From NCBI GenBank assembly GCA_964537405.1, contig CAZIBS010000002.1, forward strand, positions 1 through 61,287: a stretch of DNA of 61,287 nt, written 5' to 3'. The stretch comes from an uncultured Thermoanaerobaculia bacterium. Its GTDB lineage: Bacteria > Acidobacteriota > UBA4820 > DSQY01. The notes below the pieces were generated by a model. That model was not told the DNA's origin. It worked only from the letters and a program-made list of their open reading frames with translations, and did no database searches. How positions within the stretch are numbered: the first letter of the stretch is position 1; every line of letters starts with the position of its first letter. A program made the translations under genes and the position numbers. This document shows positions 26,665 to 33,870 of this stretch, one piece after another.

Positions 26665-28329
26665 TCAGGTCTGAAAAACGCCGACGCACAGCGGCGGAAC
26701 CTCGGGGTTGTGGGCAACAACGTTCAAGGCTCGCACGAGGTATTCCCTCGTATCTACGGGATCAATTATGGCGTCAACCCACAGCCGGGCGGCCCCGTAC
26801 TTGGGATCCAGGGATGCGGTGTAACGTTTCTTTATTTCATCCAGCGCCTTTTTCTTCTCCTCCTCACTGAGTTCCTTTCCCTGCTTCTTCAAACTGGCAA
26901 GGCGTATGCCGAGAAGCGTGTTCGCGGCCTGGTCCCCTCCCATGACGGAATATTTTGCCGTGGGCCACGCGAAGATAAAGCGGGGACCGTATGCCTTGCC
27001 GCACATGGCATAATGGCCGGCGCCGTATGAGCCGCCGATGATGACGCTGATTTTGGGGACGCCTACGTTGGAGACCGCGTTCACCATCTTCGCGCCGGCG
27101 CGGATGATTCCCGCGTGTTCGGAATCTCTGCCCACCATGAAACCATTTACGTCGTGGATAAATACCAGGGGAATCTTTTGCTGGTGGCAGTCCATGATAA
27201 AGCGAGCCGCCTTGTCGGCGCTGTCGACGTAGATAACGCCCCCGATTTGAAAGGGTCTCCCCTTCTCCCGCACGTGGGTTTTCTGGTTGGCAACGATGCC
27301 TACCGCCCATCCTCCAATCCTGGCATACCCACAACTGAGCGTGCGTCCGTACTCGGGCCTGTACTCGATAAAATCGCTTCCGTCCACGATACGCGCAATA
27401 ACTTCTCGTACGTCGTACTGGCCCAGCGAGGTGCTCGGTACGAGTCCGTATAAATCACGAGGATCGTGGAGAGGAGGCTTCGGATCGGAGAAGGAAAAGG
27501 CGGGAGCAGCGGGGGCACCGAGTTTGTCAACGATCTCGCGTATACGTGCGATGCACGATTCATCGTCTTTCTCGTGAAAATCCACGGTCCCGGAAATCGA
27601 GGCATGGACGGCGGCGCCGCCCAGTTCTTCGGAATTGGTTTCCTGGCCTATCGCCGCTTTTACGAGCGCCGGGCCCGCCAGGTAGAGGCCGGAACCGTCG
27701 GTCATGAGCAGCGTGTCGCACATCACCGGAAGGTATGCGCCGCCGGCGACGCACGGCCCCATGATGGCCGCTATCTGTGGAACACCCGCGGCGGAAAGCC
27801 TGGCATTCAGGTAAAAAACTCTTCCAAAGTCGTCCTGGTCCGGGAATACCTCGTCCTGAAGCGGAAGAAAAACGCCCGCTGAGTCAACCAGGTAGAGAAC
27901 GGGAAGCTTGTTTTCCAGGGCTATCGTCTGCGCACGAATTACCTTCTTGGCCGTCATGGGAAAAAAGGCGCCGGCCTTTACGGTGGCGTCGTTGGCTATA
28001 ACCATGAAGGTGCGTCCGCGGATAAGGCCCGTTCCCGTAACGGTTCCGGCGGCCGGCGCCCCTCCCCACTCCTCGTACATCCCGTAGGCGGCGAAGAGCC
28101 CGAGTTCGTGGAAGGCGGAACCGGGATCGAGAACGGCCTCCAGCCGTTCCCGGGCGGTCAGCCGTCCTTTCCCGTGTTGTTTCTCGATTGCCTTGGGACC
28201 GCCGCCCACCTTTATTTGCTGTTCGATGTCGCGGGTCTGACGGGCAAGGTTTTTAGAACTGTCTCTGTTCTTTTTAAATTCGAGTTTACCTTTTCGTTCG
28301 TTGCTAATAGAAGTACCCAGCACGGTCAT
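26665..28329 (-). CDS. acyl-CoA carboxylase carboxyltransferase (beta) subunit, methylcrotonyl-CoA carboxylase-beta-like
   Basis: 554 aa, collinear with the MCCC2-type sequence as I recall it (GGGPKAIEKQHGKGRLTARERL, ANDATVKAGAFFPMT, YLVDSAGVFLP, MGPCVAGGAYLP). Confidence 0.9.
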   Translation of the reverse strand: MTVLGTSISNERKGKLEFKKNRDSSKNLARQTRDIEQQIKVGGGPKAIEKQHGKGRLTARERLEAVLDPGSAFHELGLFAAYGMYEEWGGAPAAGTVTGTGLIRGRTFMVIANDATVKAGAFFPMTAKKVIRAQTIALENKLPVLYLVDSAGVFLPLQDEVFPDQDDFGRVFYLNARLSAAGVPQIAAIMGPCVAGGAYLPVMCDTLLMTDGSGLYLAGPALVKAAIGQETNSEELGGAAVHASISGTVDFHEKDDESCIARIREIVDKLGAPAAPAFSFSDPKPPLHDPRDLYGLVPSTSLGQYDVREVIARIVDGSDFIEYRPEYGRTLSCGYARIGGWAVGIVANQKTHVREKGRPFQIGGVIYVDSADKAARFIMDCHQQKIPLVFIHDVNGFMVGRDSEHAGIIRAGAKMVNAVSNVGVPKISVIIGGSYGAGHYAMCGKAYGPRFIFAWPTAKYSVMGGDQAANTLLGIRLASLKKQGKELSEEEKKKALDEIKKRYTASLDPKYGAARLWVDAIIDPVDTREYLVRALNVVAHNPEVPPLCVGVFQT

Positions 28330-28422
28330 GCCAGAATCCTTATAAAAGCAAATTGTAACAGAGTTTAATACCCCGGTGCAAAGAGAATGCGGGGTTAAAG
28401 CAATTTAAGGAGCTTGTAGCTG

Positions 28423-28438
28423 GTTTCCATCCGGAAAC
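28423..28438. promoter_or_regulatory. palindrome GTTTCC-N4-GGAAAC at the predicted start of the sigma-54 transcript
   Basis: Same position relative to the -12 element as 13911-13926. Confidence 0.5.
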
Positions 28439-28448
28439 AGCTCTTTTC

Positions 28449-28464
28449 CGCAAGCTCCGTGCCT
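28449..28464 (-). promoter_or_regulatory. sigma-54 (-24/-12) promoter
   Basis: The reverse strand reads AGGCACGGAGCTTGCG with GG-N10-GC spacing. It lies about 120 nt upstream of the carboxyltransferase ATG at 28329. Confidence 0.6.
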
Positions 28465-28553
28465 GCCTGTGCGTTGCACGCAGACAGGTCAATCCGCGGG
28501 CGTCCTTGTGCGACGCATTGAAATACGCCTCCACGCAAGTCTTTGATTTCCTT

Positions 28554-28570
28554 GTTTCCGTATTGGAAAC
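28554..28570. promoter_or_regulatory. palindrome GTTTCC-N5-GGAAAC, candidate enhancer (UAS)
   Basis: Centred about 99 nt upstream of the -24 GG at 28462-28463. Confidence 0.4.
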
Positions 28571-28708
28571 ATCCTTACGCCTACATCCGACATTTTCGGA
28601 TATGCACCAACTAATAGTTACGGGTGAAATCAGCGGGATGAAGGCGGGACACAACACCCCGCCTCCTTTACATAACCTGCCGAATCAGAGAAACCACTAC
28701 TGCCGACG

Positions 28709-29002
28709 CTATTTCCTGAGCGCGTCTTTCAAGGTCTTGGAAGGCTTGAAAGCCGGATAACGGCGTGTGGGCACCTTCACTTTGCTCCCGGTCTTTGGAT
28801 TGCGCGCCTGCCTGGCCGTTCTTTCCCTGACGTAAAACGTCCCGAACCCGGAGATGATAACCTTTTCTCCCAGCTTCAGCGTAGTCGAGATGAGCCCCTG
28901 ACCAGGTTTGGAATCCGTAAGAGCTTCGAGGACCGCTCGTACGTCTTTCTGTGGCAGGCCCGTCACTTCCGCAAGGTTTTTGATCAATTCTGTTTTCGTC
29001 AT
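28709..29002 (-). CDS. hup: HU/IHF-family DNA-binding protein
   Basis: 97 aa: MTKTELIKNLAEVTGLPQKDVRAVLEAL...GFGTFYVRERTARQARNPKTG. It has a basic C-terminal extension. Confidence 0.9.
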   Translation of the reverse strand: MTKTELIKNLAEVTGLPQKDVRAVLEALTDSKPGQGLISTTLKLGEKVIISGFGTFYVRERTARQARNPKTGSKVKVPTRRYPAFKPSKTLKDALRK

Positions 29003-29029
29003 CTGCTACCCTCCCAAAATGGTAATAAA

Positions 29030-29059
29030 AGTATATTCGTACTTCAAGCGGATTGTCAA
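29030..29059 (-). promoter_or_regulatory. sigma-70 promoter candidate for hup
   Basis: The reverse strand reads TTGACA, 18 nt, then TATACT, ending 27 nt upstream of the ATG. Confidence 0.5.
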
Positions 29060-29295
29060 GGGGTTAGTTTATCGTAGGTGCATGTTCCACGCAAGAGCCG
29101 CCCCAAAATCCCGCGATGGGTGATCGAACGGCCGGGAAAGACTCTGCGGTCCATGGTTTTGTGCCTATGGCGCTTCACCCCAAGGGATTGGGGGCCTTCG
29201 GGCCGGAGGCCAAGAAAGCGCCGAGGGTGGGGTGGGAATGGCCCTCCCCGTTCCAGGAGATGCTTATTTCCCCGGGCCGCGATTAAAAGACGCAG

Positions 29296-29318
29296 ACGTT
29301 TCAATCGCGGAATTCGGG
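29296..29318 (-). repeat. TTCC-N5-TGAAAC family motif forming the 5' arm of a 13-bp hairpin
   Basis: The reverse strand reads CCGAATTCCGCGATTGAAACGTC. CGCGATTGAAACG pairs with CGTCTTTTAATCGCG just downstream. Further downstream, TTGGCCTCCGGC and CCCTCGG resemble parts of the element at 12766-12946. Confidence 0.35.
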
Positions 29319-29359
29319 CCGCCCGGGGAATTTGCATCGTCTCTCGCCGGGGGCGGTAT

Positions 29360-31024
29360 TCATGGAAGGTAGTCTCCCAGCTCATGGCCGTCCACCAAAC
29401 CTCTTCGCGCCGCGTTAAGAACCCGTTCACCCAGATTGGTGCCCCCGGATTCGGCGATCCGACGGTGCAACTCTTCGGCGGTAGGTTCATCCTCGAATAA
29501 TCCCCTGCTCTCCTCGCCCAGGGGAATCCATTCCAGTATCTCAACCGAGTGGAGCGACTCCCACGTGAGGCACTTTTCGCATCCCTGCCGGGTAAAGAGG
29601 GAGTAAGCCCCCCCCGAACGACCGGAAACCCGGACGGGAAGCTTGCAGTCGGGGCAGAGAGCCGGAAGTGAAGCCACGGTCAGGATGCCCTTGAGTACGC
29701 CCGCCCGCAGGGGCGAACGGAAGTTGTTTCTCCACAGCCAGCGGAGGGCCGCAAGGGCATCGGGCTGGTGCAGGACGGCCAGGACACGGGTATGAGAGGC
29801 TGCCAACATGATCAACTCCATGGACATCCTCTCCTTGACGGGAAAGCAGGTGAAGAGTTCCGGATCCTGCTTCAGGGCCGTGGCGATGAGTTCCGGCCAC
29901 GTGGCGCCCTCCTCCCGCGAAACCTCCACCTGGGATGTGTTTTCAATGGCCAGCATGGAGTATTCCTCAAGCGCAACGGCTGCTTGGCCTCTGCTAGCGA
30001 GGTGGCTCAACAACGAATAGTAAACCTGGTACATGCCGGGTCCCGGCGGGCCGCTCATGATTACCAACCCGGGTGTTTTGTGCAGGGCCTTATTCAACGA
30101 CGCTCCTTCGGCCTCTCCCAGTTGGCCCGCCAGTTTCGTCCAGTTCCTGCTGAACACCTTCTCGTCGTAAAGCGTCAGGGTGTATCTTGTTCCCTGGAGG
30201 GTGGGAATCCCCTTTACGTAGAGAGTCATGAAACGGGAGCCGGCCTGGAGTCTCACGCGCCCCTCGATGCGTCCCCCTCTCCGGTGTTCCCGAATTCGTG
30301 CCAGCTCTCTCAGCAGGGCGTCCATCTCCTCCCGCTTCTTGGGGTGGAGCCCGAAGCGGTCCTCCACCTTGTCGGGCCTCTTGAAAGATATCTTAAGGTT
30401 TTTCTCGCCGGGGTTGATATAGAGGGTCCTGCAACCCGTTCTGATAGCCTCGGCAAGAATGGTCCTTAACCAATCGGTAGCGGAGGAATCCGGTTTAAGC
30501 ACGGACCAGTGGAGAGGCCTGATTCTGGGTGAACGGGAAGAAAGGATAAAGAGGTGGTCACCCGAGAGGCTCCTTACAACGCCGGGGTCCTTGGCGACTC
30601 CGTAGAAGCGTTCGAGGGCGTTGACGATCGTCTCTCGGGGACAGACCACCGGATCGATGGAAAGCCCCGTTAACTCCTCTATGGCGGGAATAATGCTGGG
30701 ATTGTCGAGGTCGGCGATGGCAACGGTCAGCACGTCTCCCCGTCTCTCCACCGGAATCACCTGGTAAAACTGGGCGATATTGGCGGGAAGAGTATCCAGA
30801 ACGGATTCGTCCGTAATCCAGCGGTTGAGGTTGTACGGGATGAGTCCCATCGACTCCCGCAGGAATTGGCTTAAGCGCTCCACGTTTACGTAACCCATGC
30901 GGATCAGGTGGTAGCCAAGCCGCCCACCCTGGCTTTTTTGGACCTCAAGGGCGCTGTTAAGCTCCTCTTCCGTCAGCAGCCCCTCCCTGAGAAGGAGCGT
31001 ACCCATTGCGGTGTGTTCGCTCAT
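29360..31024 (-). CDS. PilB/GspE-family protein with intact MshEN (c-di-GMP-binding) N-domain and degenerate ATPase domain
   Basis: Tandem 24-aa MshEN motifs (MGTLLLREGLLTEEELNSALEVQ, spacer KSQGG, then RLGYHLIRMGYVNVERLSQFL). Walker A reads GPPGPGMY instead of GPTGSGKT. The Walker B region reads FTCFPVKE instead of MVGEIRD. CxxC...CxxC is retained (CPDCK...CEKC). Confidence 0.85.
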   Translation of the reverse strand: MSEHTAMGTLLLREGLLTEEELNSALEVQKSQGGRLGYHLIRMGYVNVERLSQFLRESMGLIPYNLNRWITDESVLDTLPANIAQFYQVIPVERRGDVLTVAIADLDNPSIIPAIEELTGLSIDPVVCPRETIVNALERFYGVAKDPGVVRSLSGDHLFILSSRSPRIRPLHWSVLKPDSSATDWLRTILAEAIRTGCRTLYINPGEKNLKISFKRPDKVEDRFGLHPKKREEMDALLRELARIREHRRGGRIEGRVRLQAGSRFMTLYVKGIPTLQGTRYTLTLYDEKVFSRNWTKLAGQLGEAEGASLNKALHKTPGLVIMSGPPGPGMYQVYYSLLSHLASRGQAAVALEEYSMLAIENTSQVEVSREEGATWPELIATALKQDPELFTCFPVKERMSMELIMLAASHTRVLAVLHQPDALAALRWLWRNNFRSPLRAGVLKGILTVASLPALCPDCKLPVRVSGRSGGAYSLFTRQGCEKCLTWESLHSVEILEWIPLGEESRGLFEDEPTAEELHRRIAESGGTNLGERVLNAARRGLVDGHELGDYLP

Positions 31025-31088
31025 CCGGGTGTTATCTTTTCATCTTTAGGACAACTCCGTTGGAACCCACGGCGGTGATACGAAGCAA

Positions 31089-31529
31089 TCAGCGCCTGAA
31101 GGATATTTTGGTCCACCGTCCCGGTACGTCTTTCCATTGAACCGGCTCCCCCCCGTCGAGTGTATAGCTTCCCGCCCCCCTGAAGTGGGCCTTGCCGAAG
31201 CCTTTGACCCTTATCCCCAGGTTCCATCCGCGGATCTCCAGGTGGGCGCCTGGGCCGATGCTGTCTACGCTGCCCTTGAAGTGGTAGTAATTGCCTCCAT
31301 CCGCGGTTTTCTTGAGCTTCCCCCACTTCCCGTGGATCTTGAGAAAGAGGTTCGACCTGTTCTTGATAACCAGCGTTCCCCTGCCCGAGAGGTGTACCTT
31401 TCCCGTGCCCCAAAAACGAATCCAACCGTGGCTGCCATGGGCAATAAGAAGGTGCGCCCGGCCGGCGGCCAATGGCGCCAGGCACACCAACAGGACAACA
31501 ACGGCGATCGCCAAACGCTTTCTTTTCAT
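31089..31529 (-). CDS. small secreted protein, function unknown
   Basis: 146 aa with signal peptide MKRKRLAIAVVVLLVCLAPLAAG. It is Gly/Lys/His-rich and beta-like. Its ATG overlaps the upstream TAA by 1 nt. Confidence 0.7.
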   Translation of the reverse strand: MKRKRLAIAVVVLLVCLAPLAAGRAHLLIAHGSHGWIRFWGTGKVHLSGRGTLVIKNRSNLFLKIHGKWGKLKKTADGGNYYHFKGSVDSIGPGAHLEIRGWNLGIRVKGFGKAHFRGAGSYTLDGGEPVQWKDVPGRWTKISFRR

Positions 31530-31951
31530 TAGCCTGCTCCCATTCTCATCAATACTTTCTTAATGCAAGTATCTTGAACGACCATGAGCCCGCCACCGGA
31601 GGCTATCCCGGCGGCAACGTCATTGGACACGCCCTCCTGCATCCAAAGTGCCTTCGCCCCCGTAGAAACGGCCTCCCCGGCTATGGGCGCCACGGACTCG
31701 GAGCGGCGAAAGACATCCACGATATCCACCGCTTTGCCGTAAACCGCCAGGCTTGGATAGCACCGTTCTCCCAAAACTTCTTCCAGTTTTGGATTAATGG
31801 GAATCACCCTGTAACCACGGGCCTGTAGGAACGAGGCCACGTCATGGCTGGCTCGTTCGGGTTTGTTCGAGATTCCAACAACGGCAATCGTTACCGCATT
31901 CCGCAGCAACGTTCGGATTTTTTCGTTCACGGCGCCCTCCATCAACGCCAT
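31529..31951 (-). CDS. CoA-binding domain protein (YccU/YneT-like)
   Basis: TIAVVGISNKPERASHDVASFLQARGYRVIPINP is typical of the family. I chose the start at 31951 (MALMEG...). The longer ORF, to 32005, begins inside a repeat motif. Confidence 0.8.
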   Translation of the reverse strand: MALMEGAVNEKIRTLLRNAVTIAVVGISNKPERASHDVASFLQARGYRVIPINPKLEEVLGERCYPSLAVYGKAVDIVDVFRRSESVAPIAGEAVSTGAKALWMQEGVSNDVAAGIASGGGLMVVQDTCIKKVLMRMGAG

Positions 31952-31993
31952 TGTAATAGTCCCGGATGAAAAGGGGAAGTGAAAACTCCAACC

Positions 31994-32008
31994 TGAATCC
32001 GCCATCTA
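31994..32008 (-). repeat. exact 15-mer TAGATGGCGGATTCA (third copy)
   Basis: Identical to 2459-2473 (+) and 61004-61018 (+). Confidence 0.85.
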
Positions 32009-32067
32009 TATCTCTGCGGATCGTCCAGGAGCACCAACTCCCGGTTTAGGTGGTGGGTTCAGGCCAG

Positions 32068-32244
32068 CCATAATCCACCGCCTAACCGAGGACCGAGGGC
32101 AGCGGGGAAGGCTTAGATGCCAGGCGCCGAGACGATTTGAGCGCAGGCGTAGTAGCGCTACGTTGAGCATCAAATCGGCGAAAGCAACACCGCAGATGAG
32201 CCTTATCCCGCAGTACGAATCCCGGTGCAGGTGGTGAATTATGG
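32068..32244. repeat. 177-nt rod-folding intergenic element, copy 1 (MITE-like element or structured RNA; strand undetermined)
   Basis: 174 of 177 nt are identical to 58542-58718. It has 16-nt terminal inverted repeats and internal nested stems. Confidence 0.85.
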
Positions 32245-32257
32245 CCAGACCATCCCC

Positions 32258-32286
32258 TTGCAATTTCAGCCGTTTCCGTGTACAAT
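32258..32286 (+). promoter_or_regulatory. sigma-70 promoter candidate for acpP
   Basis: TTGCAA, 17 nt, then TACAAT, ending 30 nt upstream of the acpP ATG. Confidence 0.5.
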
Positions 32287-32316
32287 CCCTGACTCGTATG
32301 ATGGAGGAATACTACG

Positions 32317-32553
32317 ATGGACATCGAACAGAAAGTTAGGAGCATCATTGCTGACCAGTTGAGCGTCGACGAAGCCGAAATCAAGGCCGAGGCTTCTTTC
32401 ATCAACGACCTTGGAGCGGACTCTTTGGATACCGTTGAATTGATTATGGCCCTCGAAGAAGAGTTCGGTATCGAGATTTCCGACGATGACGCGGAAAAGA
32501 TTCAAACCGTCAAGGCGGCTATCGACTACATCAACAGCCACGTAGAAAAGTAG
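32317..32553 (+). CDS. acpP: acyl carrier protein
   Basis: 78 aa with the phosphopantetheine site [19 protein letters not shown]. Confidence 0.95.
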   Translation: MDIEQKVRSIIADQLSVDEAEIKAEASFINDLGADSLDTVELIMALEEEFGIEISDDDAEKIQTVKAAIDYINSHVEK

Positions 32554-32566
32554 CCGGAGCAATATC

Positions 32567-33811
32567 TTGCTTCACCGTGTTGTAGTTACGGGGTTTGGAA
32601 CTATCTCCCCGCTGGCCCTTACAGTCGAAGGCACGTGGGAACGCATTCGCCGCGGCGAGTCGGGCGTAGGTGTCATTCAAAACTTCGATATCAGCGACTT
32701 CCCCGTGCGCATCGCCGGAGAAGCCGTTGATTTTGATCCCCTGGACTACATGGACCGCAAGGACGCGAGAACGATGGACCGCTTTATTCAGTTCGGAATC
32801 GCGGCCGCTCGCGAGGCGGTTGCCGTATCGGGGCTTGCCATCCCCCTTACGGATCCCGAGCGGGTAGGCGTGGCGGTGGGAAGCGGCATCGGCGGCCTGG
32901 CCACCATTGAGAAACAGCACAAGATTCTCCTGAAGCGGGGGCCGAAGCGCATCTCGCCTTTCTTCATTCCCGGCATTATCATCAACATGGTCAGCGGGCA
33001 GCTTTCCATAAAATACGGGGCGAAGGGACCTAATATCTCCACGGTCACCGCCTGCGCAACCGCCACCCACGCGGTCGGCGAGGCCGTGAGATACATCCAG
33101 CGGGGCGACGCCGACGTGATGATCTGTGGCGGCGCGGAAGCCGCGATTACACCACTTGCGGTGGCGGGCTTTGCTTCGATGCGGGCGCTTTCAACGCGCA
33201 ACGAAGAACCGGAAAAGGCTTCAAGGCCCTACGACATCGACAGGGACGGCTTCGTTATCGGGGAGGGAGCGGGTATTTTAATCGTCGAAAGCCTTGACCA
33301 TGCCCGCCGTCGCGGCGCCGGGGTATACGCCGAGATAAAGGGCTACGGCCTGAGCGGCGATGCCTATCACATCAGCGCTCCTTCCGAAGACGGGAGCGGT
33401 CCAATGCGCGCCATGGCGAATGCAATCAGGGACGCCGGGTTGAAGCCCGCCGACATCCAGTACATCAACGCTCACGGCACCTCCACCCCGGCCGGCGACC
33501 GCGTGGAAGCCCTCGCCATCAAACACGTCTTCGGAGACTATACGGATAAAGTAGCGGTCTCTTCGACGAAGAGCATGACCGGCCACCTTCTTGGAGCGGC
33601 CGGCGGACTGGAGTCCATTCTTACTATAAAAGCCATCCTCAATGGGATCGCGCCTCCGACAATAAACATGGAAAACCGGGATCCCTCTTGCGCCATCGAC
33701 TGCGTTCCGAACACGGCGAGGCCGCTTGAAATACGCAACGCCCTCAACAACTCCTTCGGTTTCGGTGGAACCAACGCCTGCCTGGTCTTATCCCGGTACG
33801 AAGAGAATTAG
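32567..33811 (+). CDS. fabF: beta-ketoacyl-ACP synthase II
   Basis: 414 aa with the active-site Cys (TVTACATATHA) and His motifs (NAHGTSTPAGD, GHLLGAAG). TTG start. Confidence 0.95.
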   Translation: MLHRVVVTGFGTISPLALTVEGTWERIRRGESGVGVIQNFDISDFPVRIAGEAVDFDPLDYMDRKDARTMDRFIQFGIAAAREAVAVSGLAIPLTDPERVGVAVGSGIGGLATIEKQHKILLKRGPKRISPFFIPGIIINMVSGQLSIKYGAKGPNISTVTACATATHAVGEAVRYIQRGDADVMICGGAEAAITPLAVAGFASMRALSTRNEEPEKASRPYDIDRDGFVIGEGAGILIVESLDHARRRGAGVYAEIKGYGLSGDAYHISAPSEDGSGPMRAMANAIRDAGLKPADIQYINAHGTSTPAGDRVEALAIKHVFGDYTDKVAVSSTKSMTGHLLGAAGGLESILTIKAILNGIAPPTINMENRDPSCAIDCVPNTARPLEIRNALNNSFGFGGTNACLVLSRYEEN

Positions 33812-33870
33812 TGCTCGTCTCCGTCCCCAATCCCATCAATCCATAACTTCCTGAACTACTGACTCATATT

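Noticed and set aside
32068-32244. Assignment of the 177-nt element to tmRNA, RNase P RNA, SRP RNA or a tRNA-derived element
   Set aside because: It has no T-arm or CCA end and no alanine-ending tag frame. It lacks the GAGGAAAGUCC-type RNase P core and the GGUCCGGAAGGAAGCAGC SRP helix-8 motif. A 6S-like rod topology cannot be excluded, but two 98 percent identical copies lacking shared promoters do not fit a typical 6S gene.
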